Assembly: GCA_903824785.1 (NCBI GenBank)
Contig: CAIJYD010000135.1
Span: forward strand, 1,928 to 65,927
DNA length: 64,000 nucleotides
Direction: 5' to 3'
Origin: an uncultured Bacteroidota bacterium
GTDB lineage: Bacteria > Bacteroidota > Bacteroidia > Bacteroidales > VadinHA17
A model generated the notes under the pieces. The model had not been told where the DNA came from and made no database searches. It worked only from the letters and a program-made list of their open reading frames with translations. This document shows, piece after piece, positions 18,458 to 27,648 of this stretch (positions are counted from its first letter, which is position 1; each line of letters opens with the position of its first letter). Made by a program: the position numbers and the translations under genes.

Positions 18458-19750
18458 CTAAAGCAGGTTGTAGATTTTCTCCAGCCCTATTCCTCTTGAA
18501 CCTTTTACAAGAATCGTTTTACCGGTAATGGGTTGCTTTTTGATAAATTCAATCAGCTTGCTCACATCAGAAAAAGATTTATACCCTGTTCCGGCTGATA
18601 CTTTACTGAAGAATGATCCCACCAGAAGAGCACTTGCATAACCATAAGACTGAAGTTCTTTCAAAACCTTCAGATGTTCATCCTCGCTCTTATCTCCCAG
18701 TTCGAGCATATCGCCAAGGATAACAAGCTTATGTTCAGCCTGAATTCCATTAAAAGATTCCATGGCAGAATGCATGCTTGTCGGGTTTGCATTATAAGAA
18801 TCGCATATAAGAGTATTTTTCGGCGTAGTTTTAATCTGCGACCTGTTGTTTGCAGGCTGATAGTTTTCCACCGCAACTGCAATATCCTTCATTTCCACAT
18901 CAAAGAATATCCCGGCAGCAATTGCAGCTTTAATATTCTCAACGTTATAATTGCCAAAAAGGTTTGTGGAAATATTATAGGTTTGATGGAGATATTTTAC
19001 TCTCAGCTTAAGATTCATTAAGGATTCCACAGGTTCCACCAGGAGTTCTGTTCCGGTTGGATCAGAATATGGCACTGCCCTGTTGATTATCTTGAATATT
19101 TTTTCTGTCAGCAATGGATTTTTGTCGTTATATATAGCTATTCCGTTAATTTTCCGGAGGTGTTCAAAGAGTTCTGTTTTTGCTTTAATCACCCCGTCGA
19201 CCGATCCAAAACCCTCAATATGTGCCGTTCCTATATTAGTAATCATTCCGAAATCAGGTCTGGCGATCAGACATAACGTCCTTATTTCCCCGATATGGCT
19301 GGCACCCATTTCAATTATCATCATTTCTGTTCCGGCAGGTGCAGAAAGTATTGTAAGTGGAACACCAATATGATTATTCAGATTTCCTTCTGTAGAATGT
19401 ACTTTAAGTTTTTTTGACAGTATAGCTGTAAGCAGCTCTTTTGTAGTTGTTTTACCATTGGTGCCGGTAATGGCTAGTACCGGAACCTTCATCTCTCTCC
19501 TGTGATGCCCGGCGAGAGCCTGAAGTTCCAGAAGACAGTCATCAACGAGGATTGTCTTCTCATTTTCATAGAGATGGTCATCTATTACTGCCCACGAAGC
19601 ACCTTTTTCCAATGCTTCAGCCGCATATTTATTACCGTTGTATTTTTCGCCCCAAAGTGCGAAGAATATCTTCCCCGGCCCTGCTGTTCGCGAATCAGTG
19701 GTAACTCCGGAAGAATCTTTGAAAAGGCTGTATAACTGTTCTGTCTTCAT
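18458..19750 (-). CDS. murF: UDP-N-acetylmuramoyl-tripeptide--D-alanyl-D-alanine ligase
   Basis: VTTDSR...ITGTNGKTTTK...DSYNANP. I prefer the ATG at 19750 because the longer ORF (to 19771) would include the gldJ terminator hairpin. Confidence 0.85.
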   Translation of the reverse strand: MKTEQLYSLFKDSSGVTTDSRTAGPGKIFFALWGEKYNGNKYAAEALEKGASWAVIDDHLYENEKTILVDDCLLELQALAGHHRREMKVPVLAITGTNGKTTTKELLTAILSKKLKVHSTEGNLNNHIGVPLTILSAPAGTEMMIIEMGASHIGEIRTLCLIARPDFGMITNIGTAHIEGFGSVDGVIKAKTELFEHLRKINGIAIYNDKNPLLTEKIFKIINRAVPYSDPTGTELLVEPVESLMNLKLRVKYLHQTYNISTNLFGNYNVENIKAAIAAGIFFDVEMKDIAVAVENYQPANNRSQIKTTPKNTLICDSYNANPTSMHSAMESFNGIQAEHKLVILGDMLELGDKSEDEHLKVLKELQSYGYASALLVGSFFSKVSAGTGYKSFSDVSKLIEFIKKQPITGKTILVKGSRGIGLEKIYNLL

Positions 19751-19756
19751 CTTTCG

Positions 19757-19790
19757 AAAAAAATGCCTCATTACGGGTTAATAATGAGGC
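19757..19790 (-). terminator. Rho-independent terminator downstream of gldJ
   Basis: 9-bp perfect stem GCCTCATTA / TAATGAGGC (19765-19773 and 19782-19790) with an 8-nt loop. On the minus strand it is followed by A + T7 (19757-19764). Confidence 0.6.
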
Positions 19791-19811
19791 CATATTAAGT
19801 TAAAAGCTAAC

Positions 19812-21317
19812 TTATATACCTGAAGGGCTCCCTACCCTGATCATAGCACATCTGAAACCAATATCATCACGTGAGCTTTCCTGATCGAGGAATCTTCGTG
19901 TTGATGGATTAAGCCAGTAAGCTCTGTCTTTCCATGATCCACCTTTATATACCCTGACATTATCATTTATGAGGGTAACAAAATCGCTTGTTCCGGAGGT
20001 GTTATCCTGGGAATACATCCTTTGAGAACCTTTTTTGCCATCTTCTGTGGTCCATTCGGTTCCTGCCGGAATTGCCGACTGAAGGTCGCCGTCTCTGTAA
20101 TTTCTGTAATCGCCTTTCTGATAATTATATCTGTTGGCTACATCAAGGTCTTTTACTGTATCAACATAAAGATGTCCGAGTTTGTCTTTTCCTACCAGAG
20201 CACCATTAGCATCTCTTCTGACATCGGTATAAACGTTACCTCTGAAAGGATTGAACCCATCAACATCTTCCGAAGTAAGAGGGCGGTAAACATCCTGTAC
20301 CCATTCGTTTACGTTTCCTGCCATACAAAAAAGCCCATAGTCATTTGGCCAGTACGATTTGACATCTGCTGTAATACTCCCATTGTCGTTCAGACTACCG
20401 GCTACTCCCATAAGGTCGCCTCTGCCACGAACAAAGTTTGCCATCATCTCACCTCTCGATTTTGTCGAGGAGTTTCTTACGTTATGACCATCCCATGGGA
20501 ATATCCTGCGTTCGTAAATCCTCTCCTCAAAAGTATTGCCTGTAAGTGAATAGGCAGCAAATTCCCACTCAGCTTCTGTGGGAAGCCTATAACTTGGAAG
20601 CAACTCGCCATCTTCAAAGTTTGTACGGCGTTCAGTCTGATTTGGATTAAGACTCTCGCGTAACTGATTCACTACTCCTTCATAAAGGCCTGCCAGATAA
20701 GCTTCTGTATTGAAATTTTTATCATTAAGCTGATTAGGATCGGGATTTAATTCTCCGATATCAATAAGAATCTGTTCATTAACCCTGTCTGTTCTCCAGA
20801 GACAAAACTCCGTTGCCTTCAGCCAGCTTACACCAACAACAGGATAGTTGTTATACGACGGGTGCCTGAAATAATACTGAACATAAGGATCGTTAAAACC
20901 AAGAGGGCTTCTCCATACAAGTGTATCAGGAAGAGCCCTTCTGAAAACTTCAGGATAATCTTTATATACCCTGTTCAGCCAGAAAAGGTATTCGCGGTAG
21001 TCGATATTCTTTACCTCTGTTTCATCCATATAAAATGATGATACCGTTACTGTTCTCGGCTTATTATTCCAGTCAAACATTACGTCCTGCTGCACCTGAC
21101 CCATTGTGAAACGGCCTCCTTCAATAAGTACAAGGCCCGGCCCTGTTTTCTGATCGGCTCCCAAGGCAACTTCAAATCCTCCATTATCGGGATTATTATA
21201 CTCCCAGCCTGTCGATGTAGAGACATTAGGATTGTCTCCTTTCTTTTTCTTAAAAAAACAGGATGGAAACAATAAAACGACAATAAGAACAATCGGTAAG
21301 GCTCTGAATTTATACAT
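19812..21317 (-). CDS. gldJ: Gliding-motility / T9SS-associated lipoprotein GldJ (FGE-sulfatase fold; PorK/GldK paralog family)
   Basis: Lipobox LLFPSC. Formylglycine-generating-enzyme-like motifs (YPVVGVSW...NVNEWV...RGGSW...GFRC). It neighbours porU/porV, as I recall for Flavobacterium. I cannot exclude a PorK/GldK assignment by eye. Confidence 0.65.
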   Translation of the reverse strand: MYKFRALPIVLIVVLLFPSCFFKKKKGDNPNVSTSTGWEYNNPDNGGFEVALGADQKTGPGLVLIEGGRFTMGQVQQDVMFDWNNKPRTVTVSSFYMDETEVKNIDYREYLFWLNRVYKDYPEVFRRALPDTLVWRSPLGFNDPYVQYYFRHPSYNNYPVVGVSWLKATEFCLWRTDRVNEQILIDIGELNPDPNQLNDKNFNTEAYLAGLYEGVVNQLRESLNPNQTERRTNFEDGELLPSYRLPTEAEWEFAAYSLTGNTFEERIYERRIFPWDGHNVRNSSTKSRGEMMANFVRGRGDLMGVAGSLNDNGSITADVKSYWPNDYGLFCMAGNVNEWVQDVYRPLTSEDVDGFNPFRGNVYTDVRRDANGALVGKDKLGHLYVDTVKDLDVANRYNYQKGDYRNYRDGDLQSAIPAGTEWTTEDGKKGSQRMYSQDNTSGTSDFVTLINDNVRVYKGGSWKDRAYWLNPSTRRFLDQESSRDDIGFRCAMIRVGSPSGI

Positions 21318-21348
21318 ACTGCTTTAGTTTTATGGCTTTTAAGACTTC

Positions 21349-21356
21349 CAAATATA
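21349..21356 (-). promoter_or_regulatory. Candidate -7 box (TATATTTG on the minus strand) for gldJ
   Basis: The plus strand reads CAAATATA, 32 nt upstream of the ATG at 21317. Confidence 0.4.
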
Positions 21357-21398
21357 GGAATTTTTCCTAAACCAATAATTTATTAATCTCAAATATAA

Positions 21399-22367
21399 CT
21401 ACAATTGAGGAAAATTTATTGTTTTAACTGCATTTCTTTTATCAACATTGTTTAAAATGAGAGCCATTCCTGTCTGATGAAGAAGCGATAATGGCAACAA
21501 TGAATTCCCTGAAATAATATTAAACCGGTAGTTGTAAAAAAATCTTACTCGTCCGGCATTAAATGAAAAACCTGTCTGAATATTCATATTTTTTTCGCTG
21601 CTTCCAAACAATATAGCATTGACTGACAATTTATTAGTTTCGAATGCGGCTCCTGCGCCTCCGGATATATATTCACCCTGCATCCCGACAAACCCAACAG
21701 GTCTCATTTTCAATTCTTTAGTTCTGTTAATGTCCACATCACCTGTAAGATGTAAAAATAGTTTCCGTTTTACCCTGTCGTTCGAGAGTCCTGTTTCTGT
21801 TGGATCCGGTTCTGCCAGGTGATTAACGGAAAATCCTCCTGATAATTTTCCTGAAATAAAAACAAACCCTGCGCCGATATCAAATACTGTTCGTCCCTGT
21901 GCTGCAAGCAGTTCGGAAGAAGGCAGTAACGTTCCTCCCAATGGATCAATCTGATCAGGCAAAACCGCTTTTTCAAAGTTATAACCCCGGTGATAAAAAG
22001 AAGCAGAAAGCCCGGCATTGATAAAAAGGTCTTTTCCTGCATGTAAAAAATAGGAATATGACAATCCACCTTTTAGTTCATTCACGACCCCTCCAAGGTA
22101 ATCGTCAGAGAGATAAAATCCGGCACCGCCATGCAGGGCAGGGAAATATGAATCGTAGGATAAAAACAGAGAATGAAGATTATAGTTGTTACCCGGATAA
22201 AAATTAAGATACGACATCCTTAATTTTCCATCACCCTCGCTTCCGGAAAGAGCCGGATTATTTATCATAACCATCTGGTAACCCGGACCCTCATCAATAC
22301 CTTGTCCGAAACTGTCGGCCGTGATAATGATGATAAGGAGAAATATCTGTATAAACCGGTTCAACAT
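21399..22367 (-). CDS. PorP/SprF-family type IX secretion system membrane protein
   Basis: Signal peptide followed by GPGYQMVMINNPALSG. Gly/Ser/Phe-rich beta-barrel-like repeats throughout. Length 322 aa. Confidence 0.7.
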   Translation of the reverse strand: MLNRFIQIFLLIIIITADSFGQGIDEGPGYQMVMINNPALSGSEGDGKLRMSYLNFYPGNNYNLHSLFLSYDSYFPALHGGAGFYLSDDYLGGVVNELKGGLSYSYFLHAGKDLFINAGLSASFYHRGYNFEKAVLPDQIDPLGGTLLPSSELLAAQGRTVFDIGAGFVFISGKLSGGFSVNHLAEPDPTETGLSNDRVKRKLFLHLTGDVDINRTKELKMRPVGFVGMQGEYISGGAGAAFETNKLSVNAILFGSSEKNMNIQTGFSFNAGRVRFFYNYRFNIISGNSLLPLSLLHQTGMALILNNVDKRNAVKTINFPQL

Positions 22368-22469
22368 ATTAAAATATACTGCAATATCAACGTAACGGTG
22401 TCGTTATTATTATAACCTGATAACCTGTACAAAAAAACAAAATAAGTTAGCAAACAAAAAGCACATTTC

Positions 22470-22477
22470 TATCTTTG
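22470..22477 (+). promoter_or_regulatory. Candidate -7 box TATCTTTG for porU
   Basis: Exact TAnnTTTG match, 10 nt upstream of the ATG at 22487. Confidence 0.45.
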
Positions 22478-22486
22478 TCTGTAATA

Positions 22487-25400
22487 ATGATAAGATTTCT
22501 TAAAATATTGCCGGTTTTTCTGTTGTTGCTTCCAAATAGCCTGTCAGGACAAAATTCCATTATTGGTACATCTTCTTCGTCCATCCTCTCTTCGGGCAAA
22601 TGGTTCAAAATGGCAGTAACAGCTGACGGAATTTACCGGATCGATTACTCAAAAATAAAACAGCTGGGGCTTGAATATCCTTCCAATCCAAAGATTTATT
22701 GCAACAATACCGGACAGCTTTCTTATTTTAATACTGATTCTGAACCTGATGACCTTCAGGAGTTGCCAATATATATTTCAGGAAATGATTCCATCTTCAA
22801 CGAAGAAGAATACCTTCTGTTTTTCGGAAAAAGCCCCCACAGGTGGATCTATAATGACACTACCGGAGAGTATAATTTCCTCAGACACAACTATTCCGAC
22901 ACAGCTTTTTATTTTATTACATCAGCCGTCTCAAAAGGAAAAAGAGTAATTAATGCAACTGATCCGGCAGGAGCTCCTGAAAAAATCTCATCCTCCTCAG
23001 ACGCCCTGTTCATTCATGAAATTGATATTGAAAATCTGATAAAATCGGGAAGGGAATGGTATCAGCAGATTTCGGCTATTCCCATTAATCCGGGGTTTAC
23101 AGACCTTCTTACCACTGAAAAAATAAAGTACAATATCAGGGTGGCAGCCAGAGCCTCAATTCCTACCTCATTTGGAATATATGAAGGAACATCTCTCAAA
23201 AAAAGCATTCAGGTACTTGGCACAAATCTGTATAATTATACCGGCACCTATGCCCAGACTACCTCAGATACCGGTTCATTTTTTGCCGGATCACCATTAC
23301 CTATTTATGAAATCAGGTTCGCTGATAAAGGAGAAACTGCGGCAAAGGGATGGCTTGATTATATTCAGCTAAAAGGCAGAAGATCAAATTCATTTACAGG
23401 TAATGCTATGCAATACTCTGATTCAAAATCAGTTACAAAAGGTAAAATTATCGGCTATTCAATCAGGAGTAGTGTTAATGATGCCATCGTATGGGATATT
23501 TCTGACCCTCTGAAAATTAAAAAAATCCTTTACTCAAAGAACGGAGAAAACATAACTTTCAGGGATTCTTCCAGTACCCTTAAAACATATATAGCTTTTA
23601 CTCCCGACAAAACCCTTTCTCCTGTGATAAAAACAGTTCCGCTGGCCAATCAGAATCTACATGGGTCGGATCCGGCTGATATGATAATAATAACTCATCC
23701 AATATTTAAAGATTATGCTGAAAAACTGGCAAAGATCCATCTGAATAACAGCGGAATGATTTCACAGATTGTCACTCCAGAACAGGTTTATAATGAATTT
23801 TCGGGTGGCACATCCGATATCTGTGCCTTGCGAAACTTTATAAGAATGAAATATCTCAGGCAGAAAAATTCTCTCCATCCGCTCAAATATCTTTTGCTTT
23901 TCGGAGATGGTTCCTATGAAAACAGGACTCTGCCTCCAAATAACCCGAATTTTATTCCAACCTATCAGTCGCAAAACTCAACTGTGATTGTATCTTCATT
24001 TACATCCGATGATTTCTACGGGCTTCTCGACAAAGGCGAAGGAGAGGCAGAAGGAACGGAAGATATCGGGATAGGCCGCTTTCCTGTTTCTGATACTCTC
24101 CAGGCAGGCATACTTATTTCAAAAATCATAAAATACCTCGATCCCGCAAATATGGGTGACTGGAAAAACGTTATCAGCATTGTTGCCGATGACGAAGATG
24201 GAAATATTCACATGTCTGATGCTGAAGGACTTTCTGCAATTCTTCATGACAGTGTTCCCTCTTTCAATGTTGAAAAAATATACCTTGATGCGTACAGGCA
24301 AACAACTTCCGTTAACGGCCAGACCTATCCTGAAGTCAATAAGGCTATCTCAAGCCGGATAAATTCAGGATGTCTTATTCTAAATTATGTGGGTCATGGC
24401 AGTGAAACAGGCCTTGCTGCCGAAAGGGTAATCAAGACAGACGAAATCAACTCATGGAATAACGGAGGAAGACTTCCGTTGTTCATCACTGCAACCTGTG
24501 AATTCAGCCGGTTCGATGATATTGATATTAATATTATGACAAGGAAAATGGACGGAAAAACGTCAGCCGGTGAAATGGTTCTTCTCAACCCTGACGGGGG
24601 AGGCATTGCATTAATGTCTACTACCCGGGTAGTCTACTCTGCTCCTAATCATCTACTTAACAGAAACTTATTCAATTATGCCTTTAGTCGCGACAAAGAG
24701 GGCAATACTCTCTGCCTTGGAGATATTGTAAGGATAGCCAAGAATAATTCCGGAAGCGGCCTTAACAAAAGAAACTTTACTCTTCTCGGCGATCCTGCCC
24801 TGAAACTCGCCTACCCCTGGCATGGAAATGTTATTACTGATTCCGTTAATAACGTTGCTATTTCGGATAAGATCGACAGTCTTAAGGCGCTGTCAATGAT
24901 AACTGTTTCGGGCCATATTGAAGATCCGGAAGGAAACTTGCTGAATAATTTCAATGGAGTGGTTTCCCCGCTGGTGTATGACAAAGCGAGTAAAATAAAG
25001 ACAATTTCCAACGACGGAGGGCTGATAATGGAATTTAATCTTAGAAACAATATTCTTTTCAGCGGAAAGACGATGGCAAAAAACGGGAGGTTCAGGTTTA
25101 CTTTTATTGTTCCCCGCGATATTGACTATTCCTTCGGAACAGGAAAAATAAGTTATTATGCCAGCAACTCTTCAGAAGATATGTTCGGCAACTTTTCAGA
25201 TCTTATCGTCGGAGGTTTCTCCAACACAACACTTCCCGACACAAAAGGACCTGATATTAAACTATATATGAACGATACGCTTTTCAGGGAAGGAGGAATA
25301 ACTGATAGCAATCCAAGACTTGTTGCAATAATTGAAGATAAAGGCGGAATAAATACAACGGGCTCTGGTATTGGACACGACCTGACAGGATATCTTGAAA

Positions 25401-25897
25401 ACAACCCCAACAAGTCATTTCTGCTGAATAACTATTTTGAAAATGATTTCGATAATTATATGAAGGGAAGGATTAACTATGACCTGTCGGATCTGAAAGA
25501 AGGAAGCCATACCCTTACTGTTAAAGCCTGGGATAATTATAACAACTCATCAGAAAAAACAATTATTTTTCTGGTTGAGACCGGAGGAAAATTCATAATC
25601 AAAAACCTGCTCAATTATCCGAATCCATTTATATACGAAACACAATTCAGGGCGGAACACAACCGTCCCGATACAGACTTTTCTGTCACAATTAATATCT
25701 ACAACCTGAATGGAATGATAATAAAAACCATAAATACAACCGTACCATCAACAGGATTTACCTTACCACCCTTAACCTGGGACGGGAATGACGACAGAGG
25801 GAAAAGAGCGGGCAGAGGAATGTATCCATATTCAGTAACCGTAACAACCGCAACCGGAGAGAGAGCAACGGCTTCAGGCCGAATGATCATTTTGTGA
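22487..25897 (+). CDS. porU: Type IX secretion system sortase PorU (C25 gingipain-like peptidase with its own C-terminal sorting domain)
   Basis: About 1136 aa. C25-like core (LLFGDGSYE...NYVGHGSE...ITATCEFSRFD). C-terminal T9SS-type domain (LNYPNPF...INIYNLNGMII...WDGNDDRGKRAGRGMYPYSV). porV lies immediately downstream. Confidence 0.85.
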   Translation: MIRFLKILPVFLLLLPNSLSGQNSIIGTSSSSILSSGKWFKMAVTADGIYRIDYSKIKQLGLEYPSNPKIYCNNTGQLSYFNTDSEPDDLQELPIYISGNDSIFNEEEYLLFFGKSPHRWIYNDTTGEYNFLRHNYSDTAFYFITSAVSKGKRVINATDPAGAPEKISSSSDALFIHEIDIENLIKSGREWYQQISAIPINPGFTDLLTTEKIKYNIRVAARASIPTSFGIYEGTSLKKSIQVLGTNLYNYTGTYAQTTSDTGSFFAGSPLPIYEIRFADKGETAAKGWLDYIQLKGRRSNSFTGNAMQYSDSKSVTKGKIIGYSIRSSVNDAIVWDISDPLKIKKILYSKNGENITFRDSSSTLKTYIAFTPDKTLSPVIKTVPLANQNLHGSDPADMIIITHPIFKDYAEKLAKIHLNNSGMISQIVTPEQVYNEFSGGTSDICALRNFIRMKYLRQKNSLHPLKYLLLFGDGSYENRTLPPNNPNFIPTYQSQNSTVIVSSFTSDDFYGLLDKGEGEAEGTEDIGIGRFPVSDTLQAGILISKIIKYLDPANMGDWKNVISIVADDEDGNIHMSDAEGLSAILHDSVPSFNVEKIYLDAYRQTTSVNGQTYPEVNKAISSRINSGCLILNYVGHGSETGLAAERVIKTDEINSWNNGGRLPLFITATCEFSRFDDIDINIMTRKMDGKTSAGEMVLLNPDGGGIALMSTTRVVYSAPNHLLNRNLFNYAFSRDKEGNTLCLGDIVRIAKNNSGSGLNKRNFTLLGDPALKLAYPWHGNVITDSVNNVAISDKIDSLKALSMITVSGHIEDPEGNLLNNFNGVVSPLVYDKASKIKTISNDGGLIMEFNLRNNILFSGKTMAKNGRFRFTFIVPRDIDYSFGTGKISYYASNSSEDMFGNFSDLIVGGFSNTTLPDTKGPDIKLYMNDTLFREGGITDSNPRLVAIIEDKGGINTTGSGIGHDLTGYLENNPNKSFLLNNYFENDFDNYMKGRINYDLSDLKEGSHTLTVKAWDNYNNSSEKTIIFLVETGGKFIIKNLLNYPNPFIYETQFRAEHNRPDTDFSVTINIYNLNGMIIKTINTTVPSTGFTLPPLTWDGNDDRGKRAGRGMYPYSVTVTTATGERATASGRMIIL

Positions 25898-25930
25898 CAG
25901 TTGCACAATATTTGGGCTGAAAATTTGTTT

Positions 25931-25938
25931 TATATTTG
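25931..25938 (+). promoter_or_regulatory. Candidate -7 box TATATTTG for porV
   Basis: Exact TAnnTTTG match, 13 nt upstream of the ATG at 25951. Confidence 0.45.
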
Positions 25939-25950
25939 CATAATCGTAGA

Positions 25951-27144
25951 ATGATGAAGATCAAAATGAAAAAAACCTCAATTGTAATATTATTATTCCT
26001 GGCAATAGTGGCAGGTAACAGAGAATTATTTTCACAATCAAGCTCAGGTGAGCTTAACGCAATACAGACAGTCGTTCCCTTCCTTACGATAGCTCCCGAC
26101 TCGAGGGCAGGAGGAATGGGTGATGCAGGTGTTGCTACCTCTCCCGATGTTTACAGCATGCACTGGAACCCTGCTAAATTTGCCTTCATTGACGGAAAAA
26201 GCGGAGTTGGAATTTCTTATGCCCCATGGCTCAGAAATCTGGTACCTGATATAAATATCGCATATCTTACCGGATATAAAAGGATCGATGCCAGACAGGT
26301 AGTAAGCGGCAGTCTTATCTATTCATCTCTTGGAGATGTCCCTTTCACCGATGACTTCGGGAATCTGGAAAGGGTCTTTAATCCTAATGAATTTTCACTT
26401 GATGCCGGCTATTCAAGGCTATTTTCCGATAATCTTTCAGGAGGTATTGCCTTCAGATTCATCTATTCCAATCTTACGGGCGGATTTTACTCCGGAGGCG
26501 TTGCAACAAAACCGGGAACATCATTTGCCGCTGATATTTCAGGATATTACCGGAAGGATATCTCGCTTTTAAGCAAGGACGGACAGTTAAGCTTCGGACT
26601 CAATTTCTCAAACATCGGATCGAAGATGAGTTATTCAGATCTGCAAACGGCTGACTTTATTCCGATGAATCTTCGACTCGGAACAGCCGCCACCATCCAT
26701 CTCGACACATACAATTCCGTCACGGTTTCGATTGACCTGAACAAACTGCTTGTTCCTACGTCTCCCGTTTACAGTATCACAAATTCTGATAGCATAATTG
26801 CAGGTAAAAATCCTAATGTTGCAGTACCGGTAGCAATATTCCATTCATTTTACGATGCCCCCGGCGGTTTTAAAGAAGAACTTCATGAAATAACTTATTC
26901 GTACGGGCTGGAATACTGGTATAATAACCAATTCGCTTTAAGAGGTGGATATTTTCACGAAAATGAATCGAAAGGGAACAGAAAATACTTCACCGCAGGC
27001 GCAGGGTTCAGGCTCAAGATATTTACACTTGATTTCTCATACCTGATGCCACTGGCACAAAATCATCCTCTTGCACGGACACTGCGGTTTTCACTCGCAT
27101 TCGACATTAATCCTTTAACCAATACCACCAAAACAAAAGAATGA
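25951..27144 (+). CDS. porV: Type IX secretion system outer-membrane shuttle protein PorV (LptO)
   Basis: Signal peptide, then PFLTIAPDSRAGGMGDAGVATSPD and a FadL-like beta-barrel repeat character. It sits directly after porU. The start could also be the ATG at 25966. Confidence 0.85.
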   Translation: MMKIKMKKTSIVILLFLAIVAGNRELFSQSSSGELNAIQTVVPFLTIAPDSRAGGMGDAGVATSPDVYSMHWNPAKFAFIDGKSGVGISYAPWLRNLVPDINIAYLTGYKRIDARQVVSGSLIYSSLGDVPFTDDFGNLERVFNPNEFSLDAGYSRLFSDNLSGGIAFRFIYSNLTGGFYSGGVATKPGTSFAADISGYYRKDISLLSKDGQLSFGLNFSNIGSKMSYSDLQTADFIPMNLRLGTAATIHLDTYNSVTVSIDLNKLLVPTSPVYSITNSDSIIAGKNPNVAVPVAIFHSFYDAPGGFKEELHEITYSYGLEYWYNNQFALRGGYFHENESKGNRKYFTAGAGFRLKIFTLDFSYLMPLAQNHPLARTLRFSLAFDINPLTNTTKTKE

Positions 27145-27617
27145 ATATCAGAATAGGTCAGGGTATTGACTTTCACAGGCTGGAAAAAGGTCTTGACTTA
27201 TGGCTCGGAGGTGTAAAAATTCCATCAGAAAAAGGGTGTGTTGCCCACTCCGATGGTGATGTTCTTATTCATGCAATATGCGACGCACTTCTTGGTGCGG
27301 CAGGACTGAAAGATATTGGTTATTACTTCCCGGATACAAGTGCAGAATATAAAAATATTGACAGCAGGATTCTTCTGAAAAAGACACTGTTTCTGATAAA
27401 GGAAAAAGGATTCAGTGTGGTTAATATTGACAGTACGGTATGCCTCGAGAGACCGAAGATATCTTCATTTATTTCTGAAATGAGAAACACCATTTCTGCT
27501 GTGGTCGAAACAGAACCGGAAAATATCGCCATAAAAGCTACAACCACTGAAAAGCTCGGATTCACCGGACGTGAAGAGGGTATTATTGCTATGGCAGTAG
27601 TTCTGCTTACAAAATAA
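27141..27617 (+). CDS. ispF: 2-C-methyl-D-erythritol 2,4-cyclodiphosphate synthase
   Basis: RIGQGIDFHRL...GHSDGDVLIHAICDALLGA...ATTTEKLGFTGR. It overlaps the porV stop by 4 nt (ATGA). Confidence 0.92.
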   Translation: MNIRIGQGIDFHRLEKGLDLWLGGVKIPSEKGCVAHSDGDVLIHAICDALLGAAGLKDIGYYFPDTSAEYKNIDSRILLKKTLFLIKEKGFSVVNIDSTVCLERPKISSFISEMRNTISAVVETEPENIAIKATTTEKLGFTGREEGIIAMAVVLLTK

Positions 27618-27648
27618 TTTCATCAGCAGCTGCCACCTTCTTCGAAAC

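Noticed and set aside
20022-20549. 175 aa plus-strand ORF
   Set aside because: It is antisense within gldJ and has no recognisable motifs.
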